The notes under the pieces were generated by a model, which worked only from the letters and a program-made list of their open reading frames with translations, made no database searches and was not told where the DNA came from. Both the position numbers and the translations under genes were made by a program. Of a DNA stretch of 64,000 nt, positions 9,219 to 22,760 are shown one piece after another. The first letter of the stretch is position 1. The number at the start of each line of letters is the position of its first letter. The stretch comes from Callorhinchus milii (taxonomy: Eukaryota): positions 49,664,001 through 49,728,000 of the forward strand of contig NW_024704742.1 of the NCBI RefSeq assembly GCF_018977255.1. The letters are read 5' to 3'.

Positions 9219-10643
9219 CAACAACAACAACAACAAGATTCCATTTATAAAGCGCCTTTCACGTCAGGAGGACGTCCCAAGGCGCTGCACAGTTGGGTCA
9301 TGACCCGAGCAGGGGGGAAATGGTCAGGGTGAGGGGAGGGAAGGGAGGGAGCGAGGAGGGGGGAAATGGTCAGGGTGAGGGAGGGAAGGGAGGGAGCGAG
9401 GAGCGGGGAAATGGTCAGGGTGAGGGGAGGGAAGGGAGGGAGCAAGGAGGGGGAAGAGAGTCGAGAGGGGAGCTGAAGGCACGGTCAAAGAGAAAGGTTT
9501 TGAGACCGGCCTTGAAGGAGGAAAGGGAGGAGGCGGCGAAGGCACTGGGGGATGGAGTTCCAGAGCCTGGGGGCTGAGAGGCTGAAGGCCCGACCACCGA
9601 TGGTAGGGCGGTTGGGGCGGGGGATGTGGAGCAGACCGGAGCCAGAGGAACGGAGGGTACGGGCAGGTAGGTAGGGGGATAGTAGGTTGGAGAGGTAGGA
9701 GGGAGCGAGGCCGTGAATGGCCTTGTAGGTGAGGATGAGGATCTTGAAATCAATCCTCTGGGGGATGGGGAGCCAGTGGAGGCGAGCGAGGGTGGGAGTG
9801 ATGTGGTCCCGAAGCCTGGTGCGGGACAGTACACGAGCTGCAGAGTTCTGAATGACCTGCAGCTTGTGGAGGGAGGTGGCGGGAAGGCCGGCGAGGAGAG
9901 AGTTCCCATAGTCCAGCCTTGAGGTGACAAAGGCGTGAACCAGGGTTTCAGCAGCGTGAGGGGTGAGGTAATGCCATAGTCTGGCGATATTCCGGAGGTG
10001 ATGGAAGGCGGTGCCAGTTGTGGTGCGGATGTGAGGGAGAAAGGACAGCTCAGGGTCGAACAAAACGCCGAGGTTCCTGACTGGCTTTGAGAGGTGGAGA
10101 GTGCAGCCTTGGATGCTGATGGTGTCAGCGCCTGAGGTGCGGAGGCGCTGACGTGAGCCAATCAGGAGGGCCTCGGTTTTTCGCACGTTGAGCTGAAGAA
10201 AGTTGTCTCTCGTCCAGGACTCGATGTCGGACAGGCAGCTGTCAGGACATCGGTGGTCGTGGAGTTGAGGGTAGAGGAGGAAAGGTAGAGTTGGGTGTCA
10301 TCCGCATACATGTGGAAGTTAACTCCATGTCTGCGGATGATGTCACCGAGGGGGAGCATATAGAGGGTGAAGAGGAGGGGACCGAGGACAGAGCCCTGAG
10401 GGACACCACATGAGACAGTACGGGGGGTGGAGGAGAAGCCATTCGTCGAGACAAAGTGAAGACGGTGAGAAAGGTACGACCTAAACCATTCAAGGACAGT
10501 GCCTTGAAGGTTGAGGTGGGAGGACAAGCGGTGGAGTAGGATAGCGTGGTCGACCGTATCGAATGCTGCCGATAGGTCGAGGAGGACGAGGAGACAGAGG
10601 GAGCCCTGATCACAGATGGTCAGGATATCATTGGTGACCTTGA
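9219..10643 (-). mobile_element. Young 5'-truncated L2 LINE with near-intact reverse transcriptase (ORF2 C-terminal part)
   Basis: Translation gives [53 protein letters not shown] and LHWLP, with frame breaks near 10235 and 9535. It has a 3' hairpin at 9251-9286, a (TTG)n tail, and TGCA duplicated at 9217-9220 and 10644-10647. Confidence 0.97.
9312..9453. repeat. ~46-bp unit x3 tandem repeat in the L2 3'UTR
   Basis: GGAAATGGTCAGGGTGAGGG(G)AGGGAAGGGAGGGAGC occurs three times in tandem. Confidence 0.95.
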
Positions 10644-10755
10644 TGCACCTGATTGTGTCAGTAATGTAAGCACTGTGGGCTTTGGAAAGATGTCACGTTC
10701 TATATCTTGAAACTCCTGTACAACCATCATTACCAAGAAACCTTCCTTTCAACCT

Positions 10756-10769
10756 GTTGCTATGACAAC
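10756..10769. promoter_or_regulatory. RFX X-box-like palindrome
   Basis: GTTGCTATGACAAC versus the consensus GTTGCCATGGCAAC. Confidence 0.45.
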
Positions 10770-11700
10770 TCAAACCTATTTATGCTCCTCTTACACTGCT
10801 GAACGTGATGTGACCTTGGAGTAAGATTTGGATTTAAGCATTCTGAATCATTTGCTGGGGCCTGAAGATTGTTTTGTGTTTATTTTCAATGCTATCCAAC
10901 AGCCTGAGGCTTGAAATTCTTAACCTGCATGACCGCTTGTCTTGGACAGAAGTTTAACATCACCCTCAGTTGTTGTAAATTCTTAATTTGGAAACTGTTT
11001 TCTGCAGTTCTTAAAAGTCTGCCTTCAAAATTAATACTGAATTTCAGAATTTTCAACATTTGAGGGTATTCTTACGTTTTAATAATGTGAGACTACATGG
11101 AATTTTAGTCTTCTGGAGTACCGTCATTGGTGACATAAAAAATGGTCTCTTAATAGTGGTCCACAAACCTTAGTGGAGTGTCATTGGTTTGGTGAATGAT
11201 TTGTATTGCCTGCTTTAAATTCCAGAGGAGCAAATCAATGTTGGAGCAAAAACCCGTCTTGGTGGTTTAAACAGGCATTCTTTAATTAGGTAAATAATTT
11301 GTGTTTGATGGGGTCAATGGCAGGATAGATTGTTTGTGATCTGTCGAAGGAGGTCTTGGCCTTTATCAAATGGCCTTTTCTCATGTTATTCCTTCATTTT
11401 TTTCATAAACTGTTAATTCCACCTGGCAATGCGATGATGTTAATCATTATTTTACAGGCTACTGGGCCTAAGGTACAGAAAATGTGATAGTGTTGAATCA
11501 GCATCCCCTCTGTTTTGTAGGTAGTGAAGGTTTTATTTATATTCCTATTTATACTTTGATAAACAACTACATTTCTGCTCAACATATATCAGGCTCTGTA
11601 ACACTGTTAAATATTTCCACAAATTCATTGGTTCAAAAGATTTCATTTGGTGCTTAACCAGCTGCAGAATGCTCCTCTTTGCTATTGTTTATTGATTTAC

Positions 11701-11745
11701 CAAGGAAGCAATGGAACAGCTTTTAGCTAATAACTTATGGGCAAA
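11701..11745 (-). CDS. Weak candidate 45-nt internal exon (FAHKLLAKSCSIASL, phase 0/0)
   Basis: GCTTTTCTTTCAG|...TTG|GTAAAT, open and in phase with the phase-0 reading of the terminal exon. No homology recognised. Confidence 0.25.
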
Positions 11746-14700
11746 CTGAAAGAAAAGCATTCTTCTTGTCAAGTGGAATAAAAAAAATGCTACTATAGGC
11801 CGTAGGGTTTGGGTACAAATATTACGAGCAGTGAAAGCAAAGATATGTCAAATTCTTCAAAAGCCATTTCCCTTCTTTCATTTTCTTTTCTGGCTCTGAG
11901 GGGAAAGCCACATTTTGTCAGACCACTTGAATTGGAATTATTAGGTATCCTTTTGAAAGCTTTATTTCTTCTCAAGCCTGACAAGTCTCTAGTTTGAATA
12001 AGTTGAGTTTACCTGAAGCAAAATCCACAGTAAATGATTTCCATCAGCAGAACAAATAGTGTGTACCAGTAATAACTCCCAGCCTTTAGGCCAATCTACC
12101 TTAATCCACAACACTGCAATGCCATTGAGGTTGACAGACTCTTTGATTGAAGAGAGTAATATTGTTTTGGTCTTTCAGAGATTTATTTATCCAGCAGCAT
12201 CTGTGTTGATTTTAAGTGCTCTTGTCTGAAAATTGAAAATCACCCCTTCAGGGGTATTAGAACCAAAGGGCTTTAAGTAAAACTGGACACTTGAGCATAA
12301 TACATCAAGAACATCTTTGCAATAGATGTTTAAGGGAACAATTGTTTTTGAGAGGGGGGATTGGCTTAGAAACATAGAGATCAAAATGGTCACTGCTGAG
12401 TGGGAATCCAATATAGCAAAGCTCAATTACTTGGTCCTGAAGATTTCACAAAGGCTTTCATTGCTACTTGCAAATATGGAACATGACTTCCCATGGCTTA
12501 TTAACAGGACATTCTGGTATAACTTGAGTTGATGAGTTTGGCCAGTATTCCATGAATAGGCTTAAAAAGACTGTTCTTGATGCTGATAAATGATTTTTGC
12601 TGAGCAGCAATCCAAGACTGTGCTTCCCAGGGCATTTCAACCAGGTTTTGAGCACTACCATTAATCAAAAGTCAGGGGGTATTTCAAAGCACATTTTACT
12701 TTGTTGCTTCAATACGGAATGAAATGTGTGCAAGATTAATTCAATTTGACCCCATTCAATTCATTTTAGCATGTATACCAGGAAGTATTTCTTTACACAG
12801 CGGGTAATTGACAACTGGAACAGGCTGCCAGGAAGGGCGGTTTAACTGATTTTTTTTAAAAAAGCTTGACGTTGTTATCGAAAGATGACAGGGTTGATGT
12901 TGTAGAAGGAAGAGATAATGTCTTAAAGGGCCATCTTCACCTGACCTCTTGTGAATTGCATATGCATTAAGCCACTGTTATACTTTTGATGTGTATATTA
13001 AATACAAATAACTTGACATTTTAGTGCATTTCAAATTAACATCCTGTGATAACAAGTGACTTGCTCTTAGCTTCCATAAAATACTCCTTGAGTTCACTTT
13101 CATTAGATATGTGATAATGGTTCATGGTGATTTTCCTGCCAATTTTCCTATTTCTTCATAAGAAAACACCTTGCATCTTATCTAATAACATGGGCAAGAT
13201 TATATTGGGTTATTATTATAATATACTAGTATATTATAATATTATATTATTATTGTATTTTAATATAGGGTTGAATTTCCAGGACACAAACATTCAAAGA
13301 ATTAATGCCAGTTTCTGTTAACCCTGCAAATCAAAGTCAGAAACTGAATGTGAAGAATTTCTGCCCCCTAGTATGGCTGGTTATGAAAGCTGAGAGTTTG
13401 AAGAAATATTTCCAGTTTGTCAAGCTCTAGAACTATTGTCTTTAAATGCTTTTTTTGTCCACAAAAGTTTTTAATCATTCCTAGAAATACCTCTTTCCAA
13501 ATCCACCTCCACATCTAATCCTTCAGGACCCACCCTATCAAGGGCAAACCAGTGCAAAAGTGTGGAATATGAGGTTTTGAGCACAATGTAAAGGAGGATT
13601 TAATATGAGGTGAACATCTGCACAGGAGCTGATTTTTGATAAAGGCAAAGAAATTTATGGCAGAAATTGCAGAAAAGAAAGAATATGTTAGTTAAAGGAA
13701 CATGTTCCTCATTGTAGCTGCTTTCCAATCTGTCAGATTGGGTTCTTCTACAGCATATATCGTCTGTAGTGTGTTTGCCCCAACACTTGACAGTCACAAA
13801 TTAATGGTGGTCTTAAAGTAGTTTAAGATGATAGAATTCAAAGAGTACACTAATGCTGGTCTGCAACTCAACAATCAATAAGATCCAATTATGATTTTAT
13901 GGTGATGACATGAAAGCATTAATACTGGAAACAGACTTCTGAAATTTCTCCTGGATTTTAGCATGGTATATGATATTTTACTCTCCATATTCCACCATTA
14001 AGTCTACAATTGTTTAGCTGTAATTTCTCCACTGAGATGAAAATCACAAAGTCCTGTGCATGGAAAATGCTCATTGGTCACCTGCTAGAAGGACATAATC
14101 TGTCCCAAGCACTTTCCTACAGTGATAGCTTTTTTGAGCCTTGCCTTAAATGTACATTAAAATTCTGAAACCCAAAGATTTACCTAGTCTTAGCCTATTT
14201 TGCCTTAAAAATTAAAAATTATTTTGTCTTAAAAATTAAAATTAAAATAGAGCAGAATTGTGGAAACATCTTATATTCTGGCCTGATTTGGAAATAAGGT
14301 TTTCCATTTTTTGTTTAGAAGTCAAAACCAAATTGAAGAATTTTCCACAATCCCATGAGGTTAAATTTTAAAACAAATTGATATTACAGGCTAAGACTAA
14401 TGGAATTCCAGGCCTCTGATGTAAAGCTCCTGCAGTCTACATTCTCCATCTAAAAGTCAGTCCATTTATCGTGAAAGTAATCTCTTGTGCGAATTGAATT
14501 GGAACAGCCAAGAGTAATAAATCCTGGCACTTATTCATTCATGGCCGTTCATCAAAAACCTGCATTTATATAGCACCTTTAATTTATATACTTGCATTTT
14601 AAAAGCACTTTCATGTAGAAGAATGTCTTAAAAGCATTCAGACTTAAGGCAAATAGGGTATTTGCTTCTTCAGATAAATCTTTTGTTTTTAATCCTTGAC

Positions 14701-15829
14701 TTTTAAGTCTGACTGGAAAATATATTAAACCATTGACACCACTTGGGTTTGTTCAAATAACTACTTAGAAATCCTAAATAGCAGTGAGCAGCAGTCTAAG
14801 CTAGGGTATCTGTAAAGAGCAACAATCAGTCAGAGTGCCCTGCCCAGGTCACCTCAACATGTACAGGGATCTCCATTGCTGCCTGTTCATTTCCACTGAA
14901 ATCTTGGGTGAGCGTTTTGTGGAGCTACAGAGAATATTTAAAAAATATGTCCTGGTGAATTCAGATTATCAGACACGAGCTCAGAAGAGGAAAGGTAACA
15001 ATTATAATTTGTCCATTTAATATAGCACCTTTCATACCAGGAGGATATCTCAAAGTGCTTCACAGGATATACCTCAAAGTATAGTGATAGTGTATTTTGC
15101 AGGTGAAATGCGGCAGCCAATTTGTACAGCGATGACCCAAAAGCAGCCATAAAGAGAACGAACAATTTTACTTGGGGGCAGTGTTGTCCAGGACACTGGG
15201 AGAACCACATTAAATTATTTTAAAGAGTGAATATGTGTATTGAACTACCCAGGGAGGTGGCAAAAGTAGATTGTGTCACCAAATTCAAAGGGAGAACCGG
15301 ATAGTTATATGGTGAAGAATTCAATTGAAGAGTATGAAAGACAGGGAGTAGTGTAGTATTATTTATTATTTTTGAAATGTTGTTATTTTGTACTTTAGCA
15401 CCAGCCAGATGGACTGCCATGGCTTTTTTCTGGTCATGTACATTGCTATATTGGTATGAGGTTGAGAGGATATCATTGCTGGGAAATGAAGCCCTGTTCA
15501 TACATCTCAGACTGGTTTACTCAGGAGCAAAAGGTTTTGGATTCTGCTCTTGAGACTTATAAATTGATTCAGAAAAAAAAGTCTAAAGGCTCAGCTCCTG
15601 TGGGGGTTGTTGAGTGAGGACTCCCTGGAGTTGAACTGGTTGCTGGTCTGCTGTAATTCAAGATACCATTGATAGTTTGAGTACCTATCTGCCTCATAAA
15701 TGAGACTTGGAAGTGTATACATGTCCTTAACCCTGCAAGTTTTAGTCCCAATGTGTAAATTGGTCCTAAGATGGACAAGTATTGTAAAACCTATCCCAAC
15801 AGTTTGTACTTATAAACTGAATATATATG

Positions 15830-16930
15830 TACAGCAACTTGTATTTATGTAGTGCCCTTCACACAGCACAGCATCCTGGAGTGCTTAGCAGCGTTGGGAG
15901 TTTGACCGCGAGCTGGGGAGACAGGTGAGGTGACTGTAGGCAGGGGCCAAGAGCAAGGTCTTCAAGTGTAATCTGAAGATGGGCAAGGAGGGGACAGGTG
16001 GAGTAGTTGAGGCATAGAGTACCAGAATTTTGGCATAGTGGCTGAAAGCATGGCCACTGATGGTGGAGCAGTGTACAAGGCTGGATCCAACTGAGTGAAG
16101 GGGAGTGGAGTGAGTGTATGCTGTCATAGAGGTAGGGAGGTGCTTGGGTGCGAATTATAGATAAGTAAGCATGAGGATCTTCAAATCGATTCATTCTGCA
16201 ATAGGGAGCCAGTAAAGCCAAGCAAGGACTGGGGTGATAGAGGTGTCGAGTTTGGTATGGATGAGCAGTGGAGATCTGAAATAGTTGGATTTTAAGGAAT
16301 GGTGGACCAAAAACAATACCACATTGCATTTGTATAGCACCTTTCATGTCGGGAGGACGTCCCAAGGTGCTGGACAATCGGTGTTTCGGACCTGAGCTTG
16401 GGATCAGGATCGAGGAGGGTGGGGGGCAGGGGAGGAAGGAGGATGATCGAAGGCACGGTCAAAGAGGAGGGTCTTGAGATGGGTCTTGAAGGAGGCAAGG
16501 GAGGGGGTGAGGCGGAGGGACTGTGGGATGGAGTTACAGAGGGTGGGGGCAGAGTGGCTGAAGACCTGCCCACCAATATGGGGTGGGCGAAGCGGGGGAC
16601 GTGAAACAGGCTGGAGCCCGCTGAGCAGAGGGAGTGGGTAGGTTGGTAGGGTGGATTAAGGCCATGGAGGGCTTTGAAGGTGAGGACCAGGATATTGAAC
16701 TGTAACCTCCGTGTGATGGGAAGTCAGTGGAGTTGGGCGAGGATGGGGGTGATTAAGTCATAAGGTGTGGAGGTCTGGTGGCATTGGAAAAATTGAGGTG
16801 TGAGGTGACAAATGCGTGAATGAGAGTTTCAGCTGCATTAGGTATGAGTTATGATCAGAGGCGAAGGTGAAGGAAAATGGTCCTGTTCAGGGACTGGATG
16901 TGGGGTAAAAGGACATCTGCATATCGAACC
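15830..16930 (-). mobile_element. Two adjacent L2 3' fragments (~15830-16290 older, ~16310-16930 younger)
   Basis: Two L2 tails with ORF2 C-terminal remnants (AFSHYAK, HLKTLL). Confidence 0.85.
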
Positions 16931-17584
16931 TGAGTGAGTCTGAGGGATGGGCCAGGCACATTAGTGTGTAGTTTGTAATACATTAACATGATACTATCTT
17001 TATGCTCAATTTTCTATAAAACTGTAAAGCTCATTATTGATGATTAGTTAGTTGATGACTTAGAAGGTGAAGCATATCAATCTGTAATATATGTTTGTAT
17101 GACTTTCTGTTAAGGGCATCATATAAAATGTCAGAAGTTTTGCACATTTAAATGGAAACGATAATATAAAAGAAGCACATCTATAGCTTTTGAAAGCTAT
17201 TGAAGCTTTCAGTGATTTTCAGGGTTATTTTTATTTTTTTTAGAGCTTTATGGTAAACAATGTCAGTAATGCACTGCACACCCACATATACTCCCACGCA
17301 CCACAATTGTTATGCGACCCAGTTTTTCAGTATTGGTGAAATTCTTTCATTGAACACATTTAAAGGCCTTCAGTGTCATCCCAAAAAAATTGAATATGTA
17401 AAGCAGAATGCAGTGGATCATTGACTCATAATCATAAAATGGATCATCAAAATTAAGACCATATGTATTTATACAGATTGAAAGGGATTTATTTTTCCAT
17501 GTTGCTTTAAGCACTCAGAGACCCACCCCAGGTGAAGGATACAATATAGATCCAAGTTGTTGTTGTTGTTTCCATAACAATAGG

Positions 17585-18225
17585 AACTCAAAAGAGAAAG
17601 GATTTTTTCCTGGTATCCTGGCCAACAGTCCGCCAAATAAAATTGGTCATTTAATTCATGTCTGTTTGTGGGACATTACTGTGCACAAATTGGCTACTGG
17701 CTTCACCCACAAAATATATTCACTCCACTCTACAGTATATCCTGTGAAATGCTTTGAGATGTCCTAACATTCAAGGCGCTATGTCAAATGCAAAGATTAT
17801 TATTTTTGTTTATTTGTGTATGGATCATAATGATCAGCGATCTTTGGTTACATTGATCAGCTTCTTGCATTGTTCACCCTTTGATCGGACAGCGTCCAAC
17901 TTTGTTGCAGCATTAGATTCATAGCACAATTTCCTTTAATAGATAATGGAACTGATCATTGCAATCAGGCTTAAAGATCTGTCATATACTCCAGTGCAGT
18001 GCTGGAGACGTGTTGCATGGTTAGAGATGCCGTCCTTCAGATGAGATGTTAAACTGAGGTCCTGTTTGCCCGTTCAGTTCAGGTGGACGTTAAGGATCCT
18101 ATGGCACTATTCGAAAAGAGAAAGGAGTTTCTCCCACTTTCCTGGCCAATCCCCCAAATAAAAAAAAATGGTCACTCAAGCCGTGGCTGTTTGTAGAATA
18201 TTGCTGTTCACGAGCTGGCTGCAGT
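17585..18225 (+). mobile_element. Two SacSINE1-like SINE fragments (~17585-17805, ~17985-18225)
   Basis: AAAAGAGAAAGGA..CCTGGCCAA..GTTTGT body is present twice. Confidence 0.8.
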
Positions 18226-18429
18226 GTTCCATTGCATTGAGTGATGGAAAGGCAGCGATTGCAGGTGGTGGAAACAAAGATGTCAGCCAGTGAACCTGGT
18301 CAGCTTTGGGCTCGAACATCATACTGGGGTCATTGGGGCAGAGGGTGTTTAAACAACCCCTGATAAACAAGCAATTTACGTGGTTTTAGCTGGTTTAATT
18401 CCAGCAGTACCCCAACATACTCAGTGGGG

Positions 18430-18650
18430 CCCCAAACCTCGGATCTTGCCAACCTGTTCCTAATAATCCTAATACAGTATTAGGTGAGCAGGATATGCCT
18501 TCCAGGGACACAGGTGTGCATTCCATACATAGAGAAATGTTCATGTGTAGGTGGTATATGTATGTGGAACTCTCAGTCTGGTTTGGATACGCTTAAGCAT
18601 GTTGATGGGTTCCCATATGTGTCAAGTATCCAACTGACCAAAAATAAATC
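18430..18650 (+). repeat. Unclassified interspersed repeat, copy 2
   Basis: TTAGGTGAGCAGGATATGCCTTCCAGGGA..CATTCCAT..ATGTGTAGGTGG..TTAAGCA..CTGACCAAAAA. Confidence 0.7.
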
Positions 18651-19824
18651 ACTCCCAAACCTGTCGATATGTTAATGCATTCCCTATCACATTTCCACCT
18701 CTGAGCATATAGATGATGAACAGAGCTTGTTATCACAGCTTGTGTGCCATTGGAACCAAACTACTAGTTTCACCCAGTTGTTTTGGATTATGTCAATTTA
18801 GCTGCAGCACAGTGCTTAATTCCTTTTCCAAGTTGTTTTAATAATTTCTTTTCACTGTCAAGATTTTACATGTTTTTGAAAAGCTCAAGTTGTACAATAA
18901 TTTAATCGCTATGCTTTGTCTCCAGTGACTGTTGGTACATTGAATCCTGCCTGTAAGCAATGATGACTCACATTCAATGAAATCTTCCTTTTGCGGATGT
19001 AAATTTGTTTAAACACGTTTGAATGAAGCTGCTCAGTGAGCGAGAACATTTGACAAATTCTGTTGCACCTTTTGTTTTGCTTTCATTTTTATTTTCTAGT
19101 TGGTTTAAAAAAATGTTGTCTGTTTCACCAGATGTTTTTTGGAACAATGGGGTAAATTTTTTGGCATTTCATACTATCAGTGGGCATTAACTAAGCATCA
19201 GCCTAGTTTAGTCAGTACCACTCTTACTTCTGAGTAACAGGTTGTGTGTTTGAGCACCACATTCATTAAACTAGCTCTTAGAACTGAGCTTTCTTTCAGT
19301 ACTATTTTAATAAGGCAGTGAAATGTTCGAAACAAATTTCCTTTTGCTATCTTACTTTTTAAGTTTGTTTTTCAGATTGTCATTGATACTACCTACAAAG
19401 CATAATGTCTAAAAGAAGCAGTTTCTGCCTCAGGCACGATTTTATCTTTATTCTGCTCTGGTACTTTGGACACTGCTGCCTAGGAAACACACACAATAGT
19501 GACGTATTACTACCAAATGACCCGAGGAGCTCACCCAAAGCAGATGAATTATTGCTTTTTACATTTTCTTACTGGATGAGGAAAGTGAATCCAAGGAACC
19601 ATTATGGGTCTTTTAGTTTGCTGGAACTGGTGCATTGGAATCCTAAGATCACACCCGACTTAAATGGATCACTTGTCCATTTACATTGACAATAACCATT
19701 GTCATAATTTTAACTGCATTTATATAGCCCCTTTCATGCAGGATAGTGTCTCTGAGCATTGCACAGTTATGAGAATTTCAAATCATTCATAAAGAAATCT
19801 TGAATACAAATGAGATGTTTTTCT

Positions 19825-20180
19825 GAACGACCTCCTAACCCCCTACCAACCTGCCCACTCCCTCTGTTCGGCAGATTCTGGTCTATTCTACTTGCCCTAC
19901 CTTGTCAGCCCCACCATTGGTGGTCAAGGCCTTCAGCCTTTCTGTCTCCACCTTTTGGAACTCCATTCCACATCCCTTTGCCTTGCTCCCTCCCTTGGGG
20001 ACCATCTCAAGACCGTCCTCTTTGCCTGTGCCTTCGGTCCCCTCCTACCCCTACCCTCCTTGTCCTCCACCCCTCCTGATCCCAACCTCCAGCTCAGGTC
20101 CACATCCTTGACTGTCCAGCACTTTGGGAAGTCCTCCTGACGTAAAAGGCGCTATACAAATATAATCTGTTGTGGTTGTT
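19825..20180 (+). mobile_element. L2 3' fragment
   Basis: PTIGG..HLKTVLF remnant and an L2 tail hairpin. Confidence 0.85.
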
Positions 20181-20844
20181 TGCTCAATCCTACTGCCTAG
20201 CCTTATCCCTCAAACCTCAAGTCATGTTATGATTTAATTTTTCCAAAATTTTTTATGTATACATTTATCACATTAAATAATTGTCATGTCTCTTTTGTAA
20301 TATGGGGATGGCTTCTGAGACTCAGGACTGGCACTGTATGGAAAACTAGTTAGATATAATAATGCTCAGATTGAATTGGTGCGAGAATTGTAAGCTCACT
20401 GTCAAATGGGAGGACAACAATATAGCAATGGAGCCCTGGGATTTGAGTCGTGACTTAACGAAATGTAATTTCTTATTTTCTCAGTATTTTATAACCCAAG
20501 ACTTTTCCACAATATGCATTAGATCAGAATGTAAGAAGCACCTGAAGCCAAGAGGAACAAAAAAGCAAGAAGCAGGAGTAAAGGAATTGACTTGCATTGA
20601 AAGGATGACAATAAAGTCTTAAAGCAGTTTGCATCAAAGATTGAAGAGAACAAACTGCTAGAATGGAAATATATATGAGGGTCAAAATTACTTTAAGATG
20701 ATTCTCTAGGAATAATAAAAAGGCATAATTCTGTAATGGATTATGTTAAATAAATGCTAATTTTTCATAGTTGGTACCCTTCCATTGATTTTAAAATAAA
20801 GCTTAGAAGATGAAAAAATGTTTGGATTATTTTACTTTCTCAAA

Positions 20845-21612
20845 CCAACAACAGCAAATTACATTTGCATAGCGTTTTTCACATCGGGAAGATGTCCCAA
20901 GGCACTGGACAGGAGGAGTGCAGGGCGGTCAGACAGGATACAGGCAAGAGGGTGACCGAAGGCGCGGTTGAAGAGGAGGGCCATGAGATGTGCCTTGAAG
21001 GAAACGAGGGAGCAAAGCGAAGGGACTGCGGGATGGCATTCCAAAGGGTGGGGTCAGAGAGGCTGAAGATTTGACTGTTGATGGTAGGGCCGCAGGGTGG
21101 GAGACGTGGAGCAGGCCAGAGCCTGCTAAGCGGAGGGAGCGGACAAGTTGATTTGGAGTTAGCAGGTCATAGAGGTAGGAACCTACTTATTCACACCAGT
21201 TCTAGCCAAGCTCTACTGCTTCCCCATCAGTGAACGGGTCAATTTCAGATCCTCACACTTGTTTTCAAATCCCTTCATGCCTTGACACCCTGCCTCTCCC
21301 TATCTCTCCAACCTGCTTACCCCCCAACCCATAAGCCCGCTGCCTCTGCTTGACTGTCTTTGGCCTTCTGCATGACCCCCGTCCCCTCCGTTCTACCATT
21401 GGTGGCCGCACTTTCAGCCACTACTGTCCAAAACTCTGGAACACTCTTCCTCTATCCCTCCACCTTGCCCCTTCCTTCCCCATTTAATTAAGGCGCCCCT
21501 GAAGACCTTCCTATTCGACCACTCTCCCCGGCTCGGAGTCATGATCCGCCACTGTCAAACACTCTGGGATGGTACCCTGTGTGAAGGGCACTATATAAAT
21601 GCAAGCTGTTGT
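20845..21612. mobile_element. Divergently joined L2 3' fragments (- 20845-21180; + 21185-21612)
   Basis: Tails face outward at both ends, and the 5' truncations meet at ~21180. Confidence 0.85.
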
Positions 21613-21804
21613 AGGAAAAGGCAAGGCCATGGAGAGCCATGAAATGAATGATCAATTTTATCTATGGGAATGTTGACTGGGATCCAGACACTGGGAGAAA
21701 CTTTCTGTTTTCAAAAAATTCCATTGGATCTTTTAAGTCCACCTGAATAGGCAGACAGGTCCTTGGTTTAATGTCCTATCTTCTTGGCAGAACCAGAAGA
21801 AAGA

Positions 21805-22048
21805 TGAGTAGAATTTTTTTAATGCAGCAAATTGTTACGATCTGGAATGCACTGCCTGAAAGGGTGGTGGAAACAGATTCAACAACTTTCAAAAGGGAAT
21901 TGGATAGGCACTTGAAAAGGAACAATTGCAAGGATATGGAGCAATAGCAGGGGAATGGGACTAATTGAATAGCTCTTTGAAAGAGCTGGAACAGGTATAA
22001 TGCGCAGATTAGTCCCCTTGTGTACTGTAAGTTTCTATGATTCTATGA
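21805..22048 (+). mobile_element. CR1 LINE 3' end
   Basis: TCTGGAATGCACTGCCTGAAAGGGTGGTGGA (WNALPERVV) and a (TTCTATGA)n tail. Confidence 0.9.
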
Positions 22049-22514
22049 AGGTTTGTACCTCCACCAAAGCCGTATTTCCTAGCACTGCACTGGAGTAGCA
22101 TTTAGACTGAGCTCAAAATCTCGATGTGGTACTTCAACATTTTTTAAATTTGTTATATAATAAAAAAGAGAAAGTTCACTGTCAAAGCAGTGAACCCAAT
22201 CAATTCTGGAAGAAGTATCTTTATTATTCTTGGAAAGTGTTTTGCCGTATTAGCGAGATATAATCATCAAAGTGCAAAAGGCGTCTGCATCTTTTGCTTC
22301 CTATTCACACATGCAAGACATTTAATAGAAGTTAGTCTTGCCAGACAACAAGACAGTAATGGGAAAATTAGAATTTTATCTTGTGTGGAGAATAGTTCTG
22401 CATGATTCGTGCTAATGTGCCTTTCCATGTTGACACATTTATATGGTTGACACAACCTCTGGAAAGCATTTCAAGATGAAGCAAAATACAGTGTGTTTTG
22501 AGTCATATATATAT

Positions 22515-22760
22515 ATAATAATCCTTGCATTTGATATAGCATCTTATATCGTCGAGATGTTGCAAAGCTTCTCACAGAATATACTGTAAAGTGAATTGAC
22601 TGTATATTTTATGGGCGAAACATGGCAGCCAAATTGCACAGAGCAGTTTCCCACAAATAGTCTTGGATTGAGTGACCATATTATTTATTTATTTTTTGGA
22701 AGGGATTATTACCCCTGGAAAAGCGATCTGCCAATCGACTAACAACCAAGTTAGAACTAA
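22515..22760 (-). mobile_element. Deu SINE long variant, 5'-truncated
   Basis: Tail, Deu core and the CCAATCGACTAACAACC block. Confidence 0.85.

Noticed and set aside
9312..9453. CRISPR-like array
   Set aside because: Head-to-tail tandem units with no unique spacers, inside an L2 3'UTR of a vertebrate sequence.
9415..10161. 248-aa Pro/Ser-rich ORF as a novel gene
   Set aside because: It is an alternative frame of the C-rich L2 ORF2 and recurs in other L2 copies.
12013..12140. Minus-strand exon ending at a CAG|GTAAAC donor
   Set aside because: No credible acceptor with a pyrimidine tract, and the peptide is unrecognisable.
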